A stretch of DNA of 64,000 nucleotides from the human T2T-CHM13v2.0 reference genome, Homo sapiens: assembly GCF_009914755.1 (NCBI RefSeq), contig NC_060929.1; one strand, given 5' to 3'. The position numbers and the translations under genes are program-made. The notes beneath the pieces are model-generated. The model was not told the origin of the DNA, made no database searches, and saw only the letters and a program-made list of their open reading frames with translations. This document shows, piece by piece, positions 13,697 through 30,137 of the stretch (positions are counted from its first letter, which is position 1; each line of letters begins with the position of its first letter).

Positions 13697-14025
13697 TTTA
13701 ATTATTATGGGCAAATAATAGGTGCTTATATTCATGGGACATATGTGATACTTTGATACAGGCATATAATGTACAATCACATCAGCAAAATTGGGGTATC
13801 TATCACCCCAAGCATTTATCATTTCTTTGTGTTAGAAACATTCACATTTAACTCATTTAGTTATTTTAAAATATACAATAAGTTATTATTGACTATAGTC
13901 ACTGTATTGTGCTGCTAAATACTAGATATCATTCATTCTGACTATATTTTTACACCCATTAACTCTACTTCTTCCTCTCTTCCCAGCTACCCTCCCCAGC
14001 TTCTAGTGACCGAATTTCTATTCTC
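13697..14025 (-). mobile_element. L1MA-type 3'UTR fragment
   Basis: Antisense L1MA tail (ggggtatctatcacccca, gactatagtcac, tgctaaatactaga). Confidence 0.75.
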
Positions 14026-14214
14026 TTAAGCTCCCACAATGCTTTCTCTCTAGAATTTTTCACTACCTAAATGTCAACTGCTTATATACAATAAAAAGTG
14101 TGTTTTGTTTTTATCTGTTTCCTCCATACTGTTTTCATTCTTTCAATCATTTGCCAAAATTTAAATGCAATTTACTATCCTTTTATCTATTTAGAATATT
14201 GATGGAGTTACATG

Positions 14215-15165
14215 GTACAGTTGAAGATAACATTTACCAGACAATCAAGGAGATGATTTTATATGGACTATTGCAATAGGGACAGGAGAACATTTTTGAA
14301 CATCAAAGTATCTCAACAGAATGGTTTTGCCTTGACACTCTTACAGGGAGGAGTAAACAAGTTGCCGAAGAGGTGCTTGTTTGTTTTGTACATGAGTCCA
14401 ACTCTCTAACCCAAAAAAGAACACCAAAGAAGTTGCTAAAAAGAAAAAGGAAATAATGAGGTAAACAAAATACCTATGTGTATTTCATACTGTAAATTGT
14501 TTAATATTAGAATAATTTTCAGTGCTGTTTTGTAAGCAGGGAACATTTGTCAGTTATTTTAACAGGAAAATGTTTATTTCTGTGCCTAGCTAGTTTCAGG
14601 GGTATAAAGAGCTTTAATCCTAGCTAATTACTCATGAAACAAAGAAGAGTAAAGTTAGTTAGGTGCTGATATGGTTTAGCTCTGTGTCCCCACCCAAATC
14701 TCATGTTGAATTGTAATCCCCAGTGTTGGAGGTGGGGCCTGGTGAGAGGTGATTGGATCATGGTAGTGATTTCTAATGGTTTAGCACCATCCAGCTAGTG
14801 CTGTCTCGTGATAGAGTTCTCACGAGATCGAGCCATTTAAATGTGTGTGGCACCTTTCCCCTTGCTCTCTCTCTCCTGTTGGCCATGTGAAGACTCTGGC
14901 TGCTTCCCCTTCACCTTCTGCCATAATTGTAAGTTTCCTGAGGCCTCCCTAGAAGCAGACGCCTGTATAGCCTGCAGAACTGTGAGGCAATTAAGCCTCT
15001 TTTATATATATGTGTGTGTGTGTGTGTGTGTATACACATATATATATAATTACACAGTCTCAGGTCTGTCTTTATACTGGTGTGAAAACAAAACAAAATG
15101 GATCTGTATCTGTCATTTATCAAAAAGTTTAAGAAACAGGGAAAGATTTGTTTTTGGCCTTGTCA
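14215..15165 (-). mobile_element. Old ERV LTR-like remnant, interrupted by a templated insert and an MST LTR
   Basis: LTR-like sequence (ggactattgcaatagg) ending ..ggccttgtca, continuous on both sides of the inserts; family not identified. Confidence 0.35.
14667..15097 (+). mobile_element. MSTA/MSTB MaLR solo LTR with an internal (TA)n(TG)n microsatellite
   Basis: tgatatggtttagctctgtgtccccacccaaatctc start; ttgtaagtttcctgaggcctcc core. Confidence 0.9.
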
Positions 15166-16436
15166 TTAACCATTATGAAAAATTCATTCTGCACCATTCT
15201 CTCCATTAAATGTTTTATCATTATTCTTGCTGTGCAATACCATATAAAAGATTGACTGGATTACACATATTCATATTTTAAATTTATGTCTGCAATGTTA
15301 AGGCAGGCTATATTCTCACATTTCTTCATAAATGTAGCCATTGTATGAAGTTAATGGTATTTTAGGATATGCAGAATACAGAACATCAATATTGTTCAAA
15401 TATAACAATAACTTCAGTTTTCTGGGGATTTAGTAGCGGTAAAGTGTCATTTCATATGTTCAGTATATTTGCTATGTACAGCATTACCATTGTGATGTAT
15501 CTTATAGGTTTTTTATTGTCAGATACTTCTCTCAAATGTTTTGTCTACCTAAACTTTCAAATCAGCCTATAATTCTTCTATTTGTCTAGAGTTTACTGCT
15601 AGCAGCATATAATGTTTGTATCAGATTTTTTCCCCCAATAATTTGTGGAAGTAGTCATATTTTATAAGTATGCTTGTATGTAAAGGATTGTATTTAAAGT
15701 ATTAAGAGTAGATATATTATTTTAAATAACCTATAGCATGAATTCAAATACCATTACACAGTTTTGCATTTTAATAACTGTTTTGTTGACCATGCTTAGT
15801 GTATCTTTTCTTAATTCTGAGTAATGGGAAGATATACCCAAGTGTAATGTACCTCTTATTCTAGATATGTGGTGAAGAAAAATTCTTCCTTCCAATAATT
15901 CTTTCTTGGTAATAGAGAATATATTAGAACAAATACGGAAATGATGGGAGCTCTCTTTTCTAGGACTTTACAAATGCTAGATCCTGTTTTGTTTACAAAA
16001 GCATCTTTACAAATGCTAGATCCTGAGACTTTAAATACAAAGAAAAAAGTTAACCTTAGGTATGTTTTATGGATGTAAACAATTTATTCATAATTTATTT
16101 CAAATTTATTCATAATTTGAATAACAAAGAATGATCTCCCTCATATATATTTCTTTAGTATTACATTAATATTTACTAAATTTGCAAAACATGTTCCATT
16201 TTTGGGCATTTTATAAATTTAGAAGCGATATCAACCAAAATATTAAAAGATAGTAGCTAAGAATCAGTTTTGTGGGGAAGACCATGTATGATTAGACAAT
16301 ATTTTATTATCTTAATCCAATAATATAGTGAATAATGATAAATATGAGAAGAGATATCTGACATTTATAAATATAAAGGGCACTTATGTAAATTTATAGG
16401 AAAATAGAATTTTTGTAAGGAGAATAATTTGATAAT

Positions 16437-16736
16437 TTTTGTTGTCTTTTTTGAGACGGAGTCTCGCTCCGTCGCCCCGGCTGGAGTGCAGTGGCGCGAT
16501 CCCTGCTCGTGTTGCAAGCTCCACCTCCCGGGTTCACGCCATTCTCCTGCCTCAGCCTCCCGAGTAGCTGGGACTACAGGTGCCCGCCACCACGCCCGGC
16601 TAATTTTTTGTATTTTTTAGTAGAGACGGGGTTTCAGCGTGTTAGCCGGGATGGTCTTCATCTCCTGACCTCGTGTTCTGCCCGCCTTGGCCTCCCAAAG
16701 TGCTGGGATTACAGGCGTGAGCCACCGCGCCCAGCT
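16437..16736 (-). mobile_element. AluY
   Basis: Full dimer on the - strand, CpG-rich, with Y-type positions (gcaagctcc, cacgccattc, gttagcc). Confidence 0.95.
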
Positions 16737-18433
16737 GATAAATTTTTATGTGACAGAGTTAGTGATTTTTAGAAAAAGGAAGTTCACGTCAAATATATAT
16801 TTGTAAGTATAATACAAAAAAATCTATACATGCATTCAGAATATCCTCTTCCTCTCTCTTTTCTGAATGGTTCTGGTTCTTTTGTCCAGAGGATATAAAA
16901 AAGAAGTAATAAAAAAGCAAAATAAGGACAGAAAAGCAAATTTTGTTTACATTTAAAAAGAAAGTCCTATTTTTTTTTCAAAAAGAGGATATCTGCAAGG
17001 CAAAAGGAAGGAATTGAAGACAGAGTGGAATTTCAGGTAGATAACGACTTAGAGTAGCCCCTAGGATGAGAGGGGTTTTAAGGGAAAAGCTGCTCAAAGT
17101 TGAATTTTAGAATATGGTGCTGTGTATAAGGATGAAATTCCACTGCTTTCCAGGCTTCCTGCTCAAAAAACTTGCATAAAATTTACATTATTTTTGAAGC
17201 CTTTTGCAGTTGAATGAATGCTCTTTGAATGTGACACACTGTTAAAATGAATCTTAAAGAGAGAACAAGACAAGCAGAATAATTTACGTTATACAAATAA
17301 AACCATTTTGAAGAGTTATATCTCCCATGACCACAAAGGCATGTTGCAGAGTCTCCCCTGCAACAGCATGCTCACCCTGTAGTGGAATTCACGTTTATGA
17401 TGAGTATGAAGGCAGCTAAAATCACTTTGAAACCTGTGGAAAAGAATGGGGATTAAATTATGTTCCGCTGCATCACTTTATCCAAAAGTCAAAACTGATA
17501 ATGAATGAATTAAAATTAAAAAGTGAAAGAAATTGAAGAAAGATGCTCCACTTCCTGATTAAAGCCAAGCTCAAATACCTGGATTCCACTAGAGAGATTA
17601 TAGTATTAGGATTGCCCCTGCAGGAATCTATAACAGTCACTAAGGGATGTCCACAAGCCTAAAGAAAAAGTTATAGAAAATGCAGTATTAAATTAGACAC
17701 AATGGATGAAGTTCTGCACTCAATTTTTATATTCCAAATGGTCATTTAATTTTGATGAAAAATATTTTACAGTAGTGAAGAAGAGCCAAGCAGAACAACA
17801 CTTCAGCTGCAGCACAACTTTCTCACTTGTGCTGCAAATCTTTTCATCATATAATGAGTAAGAGAGGATACATGACTCTAATTCAGCATTCTCTACCACT
17901 GAAGAATTTAAGGATAAATCTTATTCCTGTAAATGGGAAACATATAGCTAATAAAATACAAATAAAGAAGTAAAGCCAAAATTCTCAATGAATGTGAAGG
18001 AACTTAACAGTTGGTTAACTACAGTTTTATCAACTCTGACAGTATTAAAATTTAAATGTCAGCCGGCATGAAAAAATGTCTCCATTCTTCAGAGTACTTT
18101 AGGAATAATTTATAATAATAGTTCTTTAAATAAAAAAGAAGGCTTACATGAGTTCCATCCGATTCATTAGGAAATAACAGAATGCAGGAGGAAAAAAACA
18201 GTCAAGCAATTTTATGAAACTTAAAAGAAACCCAGATATAGACCTAGAGTTTAAGGATTTTGTTCACAATAAAGATAGCATTTCAGATTAATTTACAAAA
18301 GAAAGCTTTTGTTTTATTTTTAAAATGTGATGTTAATTTTAAAAAATACTTAATTACCTGGGGAAAAATCAAACTGCATTCTAAACTCATTCAAATGGAT
18401 GAATAAACCATCCAAACAAAATAATCTTAGAAT

Positions 18434-18901
18434 TGTGCTGTCCAATATGGTAGTCACTAGCCTCATGTGGCTATTGAGAACTTGAAATATAGCTAGTGAA
18501 AATGAGCTATTTTAATTTGATTTACCTTATATTTAAATGTAAAACTTATATTCAATTCAGTTATTGGAAAACATTTAGGTGTGACTGGAAAAACTAGATA
18601 TGTGAATCTACATTTTAAACTTAAAATTTAAATTGAGATCTAGCATTGCCAATAAAAAGTTAACTGTAACTTGAGCTATATTGTAATAGGAAAACGCAAA
18701 CATAAAAATAATCTAAGATATTTCATTAATATTTTTATATTGATTATATGTTTAAATGATAGTATTTTTGATGTATGGAATTAAATAAAATATATTATTA
18801 AAATTAATTTTATCTGTTTCTTCTTACTTTTTTTAATGTGGTTATCAGAAAATTTAAAAATATATGAGTGACTCACAAACTGTTTTTATTGAACAACACT
18901 G
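18434..18901. mobile_element. hAT-Charlie relic (Charlie1b/MER33-related)
   Basis: Termini gtgctgtccaatatggtag...tattgaacaacactg, flanked by CTAG-like target sites. Confidence 0.7.
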
Positions 18902-20030
18902 TTCTAGGTTAAAAAAAAAGTCTTCTTGTATTTAAGATCTTGAGTGGGGAATGCTATGAATCAGGACAAGAAGTCCAAAAGCCACAAAGTAGAATCAGCA
19001 CTTCTTTCCTGCAAAACATTGACAGCAAAGAAAGGAAGAAGAGAAGTAGTAAAAAGAAAAGTAGATAAAAAGGACACAATTTTTTTGCTTGAAAGATAAA
19101 ATGAGAGGAAGAAGAGAGAACACAGAAAGAGGAAGAAAGTTAGGGAGTATATTCATTCAAATCTGACTCCCTTCAGGGCCATAACTGATAATTTAGATAC
19201 AAATTCAAATTGCACTTACTTTACAAGCAATACATCTCACATATAGTAATTTGCTATAGGGTTATACTTACAAAAATATGCTTTCATACACAAGGGTATG
19301 GTTTCCCATATTGCATTAATAGCAAAATAATTGTAACAATATAAAGTTAAATAAGCCGACATTATGTTTAAAAATTCTGGTGAATATCTGTGTATGTATA
19401 CATGTGTATAATACAGTTATTTATAATGAAGAGTTAGATCATTATGTGATGATATGAAAATATATCCATCATGATGTATTATAAAGAACCAACAGATGGA
19501 AAACATTGTAGTGAATTTTATGCTGAAAATAACTAGCATAAAATTATATTTTTATATCAAAAATATATGAACTGACATGTTTATTTTTGTGGGATGCACT
19601 ATTTTTTAGAGTAGGTATATTAAACAAGTGGGAGAAAAAATTGTGGAAGGGAATATGAAATTTTCCTTTTTATTTTACATATTTAATATATTTGAATTGT
19701 AAACATTTATTTATGTTTTTAAAATAATGTGATCATCTGGAGAGAGGACTTTTATCATTTCATAATTTTACATCTAAAAATTTTTAATAATAAAATTTTT
19801 ATGAAATCTGTGATTTTGGTAAAAATTAAAAATGGTGTTAGTTTATTAACAACCTTGTGATTTATCTTAATCTTCTTGAAAAACACATAAAACTATTATT
19901 TCCTTGTATTATACAAAACAGGATCATCGTATACGGCCTTTGAGTTCTAGTTATAATTTCTTACCTATAGCAAAATCTATGTTATCTGCTTCATGAGAGA
20001 CTACTTGTACAGAGTTTAAAAGACAAAATA

Positions 20031-20174
20031 GTCTGGGTGTGGTGGCTCACGCCTGTAATCCCAACACTTTGGTGAGCCAAGGCAGAAAAATACTTTGAGC
20101 TCAGGAGTTCACGACCAGCCTGCGCAACATATGTAGAGACAGTGTCTCTACAAAAAAAAAAAAAAAAAAAAAAA
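20031..20174 (+). mobile_element. FLAM-C / Alu left monomer with poly(A)
   Basis: Single Alu left arm plus A-tail; imperfect TSD aaagacaaaata / aaggacaaaaata. Confidence 0.85.
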
Positions 20175-22704
20175 GGACAAAAATATTTACCATTCTCATC
20201 CTCTTCAAATCTGGTGACATTTTAAAAATATATTCACCCGATAAAGTAGAAGTTTTATTTTACATTGCAAAAATTATTTTACTGTACATAACAAAATAGA
20301 TTTGTAGTACAAACCAGCTTTTTCTATACGTCTCATATGGTTGTGGGATTGCCTCCATTTAACTAAATGCATATTATAAAGTAAATGGAATTTCAAAACA
20401 TTTCTTAAGTCCCCAATTTTTCCAAAAAGATTTATAAGTAACTGAGAAACCATACAAAGTTATTTGCAAATGCTATGACATCCTCAGTTTATTCAGTAGT
20501 GTAGATATCATCAAATATTTACTGAATTTTTAATTTAAATAATACTAATGGCATTATTGCAACTTGATGGATACAAATTTGTCTAAATGTAGCTATTTTC
20601 ATAATTGGGCATAAAAATTAAAAAAATATAAAAATACCAAAATAGATATGGGAATCTTTCTAGAATGAGCTCTAAATATCAGACTAATTATAAATAGGGA
20701 AGAGAGTTAAAATGGAAATCTGTTATAGACCGGGCTGAAAGCTATAATGAAGTTATTAAATCATCAAAAGCAAGTGGACTGAAGGGAGTAATGCAGTGGG
20801 TAATAATGTAATTTAATTAATATTAAAGAAAAATAAACACTGGAACTTACCAAAAGAGCAGGACTGTAGATTCTGTAACATATCTTCAAATAGGTTTGCA
20901 GCAATATTGGAAGGGAAATTAAATTTATCTTCCAATATGATAGCAATATCAGTGCAGCAAAGAAACAGAGACGAACCATCCAAATTTAATAACATTAATA
21001 GCATTATAACTGAGACAATGATACTGAATCGTGCTAGTTACTGCCTTTATTATATTGCTTAGGCACAGATATCAGAGAATTCAGGGAGGTTTGGTTCTTA
21101 TCTAGATTCCAAAGAAAATGTTTAGAGTCTTAAAAGGCTTATTTCCTCAGTTTAATCACACTTAATTTGATACTTCTCTTTCTCCATTATGCTTATTAAC
21201 AGCTGAATTCACCCAGATGATATCGGCTTATAAATCCATTCACTAAAATTTGCCGTTCTCTTTAGTCACTCCAATTACAACAGTGTAGTCCATTGTGCAG
21301 CTAAATTGGTGTATGAAAAGAAAGAACTGCTACTTTCACATACATTTTCTATCCTTCTACCTTAGAACCCACATCAAAGCTTTATATGTTTTGTGCTGCT
21401 GCTACCCCTCAGGGCAGAGCAATAACCTCCTCAAAATTTCATCTCTGCTATGTTAGTGATATAAATGTCAATTGACTTTAGCTGAAGCAGACTTTGGAAA
21501 TCAATAGCAAGGATTACTGTCAGAAGTAAGTATATCTTGCTAGTTCTTGCAAGTAAGTGGTCAATTGTAGACGACACTGAGTGAATTGAATACATCGTTG
21601 TCAAAATGTTGTCAGTGAAATTTTATAATTTCCTATTGACTACTTTCCGGTTGGTGTTACTGATATTAAATTATATAACCTACAGTCTGTTTCCAGCTCC
21701 TATTATGTCTGATTATCTATCCTCAGCACAGACCTCAATTTTCCCAGCTTGAATGTTTCCATTTACTCACAACCATGTTAAGAGGAAAAAAAAAAAAAAA
21801 CAAACATGTAAGCAGCATGATTTAGGGCCATACCATCAAAGGATTAAGGATTTCAGTGCTGTGACTCTGACAATCTCTAAATTTTGTACTGCAGGTTGAA
21901 CAAAAACTTCTTCGGAAAACATAATTTTCAATATTTCAAAGAAAGTGTGTTTTGGAAAAAAAAATCAAAGTTTGAAGATATTTGAAGCCCACTAAAATTA
22001 ATTAAAGAAATTTTTATCACAAGATTTTGTTTTAATGAAATTACATCTCACATGGTTTTAGAAATTGAGTACTGCAAAAATATTAATGTCCACATATAGC
22101 TAAAATCCTGGGCATTAAAGAGTTAATGTTTAATTGTGATAAAAATTTATTTAATTATAATACTAACAAATAGTTTATTTAATTGTACAAATAAAGGTTT
22201 TTGTTGTTTTTCTTTCCTTTTTTTTTCTATTTCCTTCTCCATCACTGAAGTAGCAAATATCCAGAAATCTCAGTGAAGATTGAATCACCATTTCGCAGAT
22301 CTAAACTCTCAGAGGAAAGTACAGTTATTAGGAGGAGAAAAATATGTAATCAATGCTACCATATCCTAGATAAATAAGTAAAGACCTCTAAATAGTCAAG
22401 AGAGGACACTTTGCCAATTATACGCAGGATGGGAGGTGATGACATGGGAAACATGTCGTTCCAGAATTCCCAACAATTTCCCCTTTTTAGCTTTTTCACC
22501 ATATGAACTGAAGAGCAAAATTTGACCTCATAGACAGTTGATTGAACAATTGTTCAGCTTTAATAACTAAGATGGTACAGAAAACATGTATTCAATTTAC
22601 AATCCTCCAGGAGCTACAATCCAATATCAGTCTGGATTTAGTAAGGAAAGTAGAAACTGATTGCAACTGAATAGGGTTATTTACATTATTCTGCTACTGG
22701 CTGA

Positions 22705-25171
<2,467 letters not shown>

Positions 25172-25439
25172 GAAAAGAAAACTTTCCATTAATTGTTTGG
25201 GGAGTTCCCACCGAAGGTCACAGAATTTGAACTGAAGTTTTTCACCTGAAGAGCTGAATTAGAAGTCCTCAGGCATCTGCCTGCAAGCTGTTGTGTTCTT
25301 TGAGGACTTCTAAGAAGCTACCATAAATTACCCAGTCTGGAACAGTGAAAACAGTTGTCCTCCAGAACATGCAAGGATGTTCTGTGTGAACTTTGCCTTT
25401 GCCCAGAGAATGATAACTTCACCTTCATTACAGTATTCC

Positions 25440-27790
25440 AAATACCCTGAATTCCTCACGTAAGGGAGCCTTATCCAAGAACTGTACAATGAGGGGGGCT
25501 TTGGAACTCCATCAATTCCCTGGTGTTGTTGATGCCCAACCGGCCTCCAGTGGTCCTTCTCAATGCATGGATTTTTGGACTCAGCAGTAACAAACCACAA
25601 CTCCCTTTTTATCCATATTTTCAGTTCTGACCAAAGGTAATACCATCATACTTTTCTTACCTAGTTCAGAATGGCCCTTATAAGCTCAAACACATAATCA
25701 AGAGAAAATACAAAACCTTGTATGACATTCTATCTATCCCTGAATGAATTTTGTTTCTTTTCTAGTTCAGTCACAATCGTTCTTTTGTATCTTGAAACTT
25801 AAAGACTAAATTATATGAGCAATTTTTAGTGATGCTGTTTATATTAGATAATAAAGGAACCATAGGGAGAAAGATTAAAACATTATTTGTTAATAGATAC
25901 AAAATATATATATGCATATATATAAGCAAGAAGAAAATATGGATAATTACTACAATCCTTGTTTATGCAAATGATCTCATATTCATAGTCGGCATCTGTA
26001 ACTTTTCTTTTCACTACCCAGTCCTCATTCCCTTCATCCTCAGCCAGTGGGACAGCTAGTCATGGTTCTTTTCCCGGGGGGTAAGAGAATCTTCTGCCTC
26101 CACTGAACAGTAGAAAATCAATCATGATAAATTATTCCAGCTAATACAGTAAATCCCTTCTTTTCGCCAAACGCTTCTGTGGCAGAAGGAATACAAAAAT
26201 GCTTAGCTTCTGATTTAACAGACACAATCTTGCATGCCTTGGTAATAGCATACTTCCCACAGGGACAACAATCTCCAAACCATCAGATCCTAATGTTGTG
26301 GAGATAGAAAACAAAATTTTGCTATTGGGAAATTAACATCCAGTGAACAACTCCTCTCATGTCTACTCCTTGGCCCTTGGGCCCATGAATGTTGGCTGTA
26401 AGAGAAAGCGCACTGTAACACTGATCAATGGTTCAGAGCATATAACAAATCTAGGACATTGCCCCGCCACACAAACGGTTTTCCCTGTTGGTACTGTTCT
26501 TCAAATATCATTCTGCTGCTCTACAAAATAGTTTTAAGGTAATGAATGACAAGGCTTTATGGTAAATTATGCTACATTATTATTTTTAGGGTATTCTATA
26601 AGGCAGGAAAGGGAAATACATATTCACAACAAATATCTAGTCTAAAAGAATACATATCCTGCCATATACAATATGAAGGTATGCAATATAACCAACCTGC
26701 TATTAGGTGACGTGTTTGTCTCCAGGGATGTTATTATATTGGGAGTTCATGACTAATCACTGTTACTGCCAAGTAAGCTGCATCAAATCAGATCTTTAAT
26801 AGAGAAAGTATCTGTGTTAGAGCTCCCTGCTAAGTTCTACTCCTGCTGTCATGGCCACTTAACTCAAGAAGCCATTGAGAAAGAGCAGGCATTTCTGGGA
26901 AAAGAGGCTATCAGATATTTACAGAACTGATCATCTTTCCTACCTGGATATTGAGGGAATTAACTGTTGTGGTTTCACCTTTTGCCCATTCTCAGATATC
27001 CTTTTACTTTTTTCCTCCCTAGATGTCTTGTAACCAATTTGTGAATTGTTTTCTTTTCTACTCCATAAACATCCAGCCAACATGTGAGTCATGGCTCATG
27101 AATCACTGCAGATTTATAGCTCAGATTATTTATTCTTCCTGGTAAAGTGAACAATTAGATATGCTGCTTGAATTTCTGTCTACTGAGATTTTCCTTCACC
27201 AGTAGCATTGGAGGTCCTCCTGATAGGGGCTGTAATGTTGCTATTTGTCACCACTAGATCATGCTGAAATATAATAATAATACAAATGCCGGAATCATTT
27301 GTAAACCAGTTCAACTATTTTTCTTCAGCTAGCTAGTTATAGGGAATTTCTTGTGAGGTCATACATGTGGGTCGAAGAAGGGGCTATGTATCAGGAATAT
27401 ATCATGAGAAACTGAGCTAGTTACTAATGGAACTTACTTGTGCTTTGTGGAGTCCCTTGAGCTTGATTTTATATATCACACTTCTATTTGATTATAGAAT
27501 GTTGCTGTGCACATCCAAATTTATGACTTGGTAGATCAGAAAACACTGATTTCAAAATGGAAACCTTAGGTTATATGATAATTTGATGGCTCATGGTGAA
27601 GCACTTAGTCATTTTCCAGGGCACAGTATTAAGCCAGAAATATTTCTCAGGAGTGATACACAGAAAATGTGCAAGGCTTAGCTATAAAATCATAAGGATT
27701 AATGCTGACTACCAAAGTTCTATACATTATATCTATCTGTCATAGATACTACAAATACCGCTGGATCCACTATATAACAACATTCATGTT
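25440..27790 (-). mobile_element. Ancient ERVL/MaLR internal-sequence remnant
   Basis: Degenerate pol/int-like antisense sequence abutting MLT-like LTR pieces; no intact ORF. Confidence 0.45.
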
Positions 27791-28069
27791 GCTCCTACTG
27801 TTACTTTTGTACTTATTCTGTAATAATGTAATAATGCTGTAACAAAATTGTCAAATACCAACACATATTTATTATGTTTATGGATATGCAGGCCAAATTT
27901 GGCTTAGAGAATCAAGATTCAGTCCAATTTAACAGTTTCGCTTGAGTCTGTAAGATGGGTGGACTTGGCTCCAGCAAATAGGGTTCACTTCTGTTCCCCA
28001 AGGCTTCAGAATAGATTCTATTGAGAGGCTCTTCTTCATTCTCCAGGATACTAATTGGCTGTCAGTTAT

Positions 28070-28657
28070 TGTGCTAGGCAAAATAACACCTCACCAAAGA
28101 TATCTACACCTTTATCCACAGATCTATGAATATGTTACCTAACAGGGCAAAAGGGACTTTGCAAATGTAATTAAGTTTATGGATTTTGAAATGGGGAAAT
28201 TATACTGAACTAATTCAGTGGGCCCATTCTAATTATTCGAATACTTAAAATGAGAGAACTTCCCCTGGTTGTGTTAAAGTGATGAGAGAGAACAAGGAGG
28301 CAATATTCAAAATGTAAGAGAAACTCCTTCTATCATTATTGGCCTAGGTGATGGAGTAATGAGGCCACCAGCAGAAAAAAAAAAATGTATGTTGGTTCTA
28401 AAAGACAAGGCTGGCCTTCATCTGACAGCCAGCAGTCTTACAACAACAAAGGTCTCTATTAAGTATAATTTTTTAAGATCAATAAATAAATCTTCCCTTA
28501 GATCCTCCAAAAGGAATACAACCCTGCCAACACCTTGATTTTAGCCCAGCAAGAACTCAGATAAGCTTTTGATCTAGTAGGGTAATAAATTTGTGTCATG
28601 TTGTATAAACACTAAAATTGTGGTAATTTATTATTACAACAATAGAAAATGAATACA
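28070..28657 (+). mobile_element. MLT1D/E MaLR LTR
   Basis: tgtg start; gaatatgttacctaacagggcaaaagggactttgca; ccctgccaacaccttgattttagccc; ends aatagaaaatgaataca. Confidence 0.85.
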
Positions 28658-28762
28658 ATTACCCCTCATATCTCTCCTTGTCCTTGGATAAAAGCCTAGT
28701 CAGCCAATGTTTCTTCTCATGGCATGTACTAGAGCAGAGCATAAGAAGAGCAGAAATACATA

Positions 28763-28998
28763 CAAGCTGTGTATTATTTATCCAAAATACTTGGGACCAG
28801 AAATGCTTCAGATTTTGGAGGTTTTTTCTGATTTTGGAATATTTACATTTTATACTTACAGGTTCAGTATCCCTAATATGAAAGTATGACATCCTAAATG
28901 TTATAATGAGCATTTTCTTTGAGCATCAATCAGTGCAAAAAAATTTACATTTTGGAGCTTTTGGATTTGAGATTTTTGAATCAGAAATACTTGACCTG
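28763..28998. mobile_element. Tigger4a (MER46A) Tc1/mariner relic
   Basis: ~236 bp with TA on both sides; atccaaaatacttgggaccagaa and caggttcagtatcccta motifs. Confidence 0.8.
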
Positions 28999-29765
28999 TA
29001 CTGCATTTCAATACTTTGTCCTGGAACTGTCACACTGTCACTTCAACTCAAAGCCTATAGGCCAAAACAAATCAAATGGCAAACTAAGCCCAACACTTAT
29101 GGATCAGGCAACTATAATACACCTTACTAGAAGGAAACTAGAGGGTCACATATCAAAGAGCAAAGATATATATTTCCTATAGAAAAAGGGTATAAGGAAA
29201 TGAAAACCCTAATCCAATCTATTAGAAAGCCATTTGGAATGATAAAACAGAATAAATAATTGGAAGACAATGAAAGACATGTACGGGAAACTATGCTAAT
29301 CACCTCATAAATAAATTATTGTATGAATTTATATAATTAGACACATCCCAGATTACTAGCATGAAATACTTTAGGATAAAAGAGGTTTAAAATAGTAATT
29401 GACAAAGCTGTTGAGAGAATGAAAAATATGGATGACAAACAAGGAGTAATATGTTCTTTAATATTTAAAGATCTTCTTGATGGTTTAACACAACACACTG
29501 ACACTCAGATAGATGAAAGGAAAATCTCTGCTACTTACAGTTGTGAATTAGAGAAGGCTGCCAGACAGGGCCACATTAGGGGCTGCTCCCACGGACAAGG
29601 TAGCAGCAAGCTGGAGCCATATGTGGGGGCAGCTTACGTATGACAAGTGGAGGAAAGGAGTTAGCTAGACTTTATGAACTTCTTGTAGATGGGCTGTTTC
29701 TAAGTCTGAAGTTAGAAAACAGTATCCAGACCTATGAAAAGATAAAAAATATGTAAAATCAGCCT

Positions 29766-30137
29766 TGCTGTTTGAAGGTTTCTGTCCCCTCCAAAATTCA
29801 TGTTGAAACTTAATTCCCAATGCAATGGTATTAAGAGTTGAAGCCATCTGAAAGGTGATTAAGTCATGAGAGGTCCTCCCTCAAAAATGGATCAGGACTT
29901 TTATAAAAGAGCTTGAAGACAAAATGTTAGGCCCTTTAGCCCTTATACCTTCTCCCATATGAGAATACAGCAACAAGTTCCTATCTTGAAGCACAGGCCA
30001 GGGCCTCATCAGACATCAAACTTGCCCATGCCTTGATTTTGGACATACAGCCTCAGAACCGTGAGAAATACATTTCTATTATTTACATATTAGCCAGTCT
30101 GTGGTATTTTGTTATAGAAGCAAAAATGGACAAGACA
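29766..30137 (+). mobile_element. MSTD/MLT1A-like LTR
   Basis: gtcccctccaaaattcatgttgaaactta; cagcctcagaaccgtgag; ends ggacaagaca. Confidence 0.8.
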
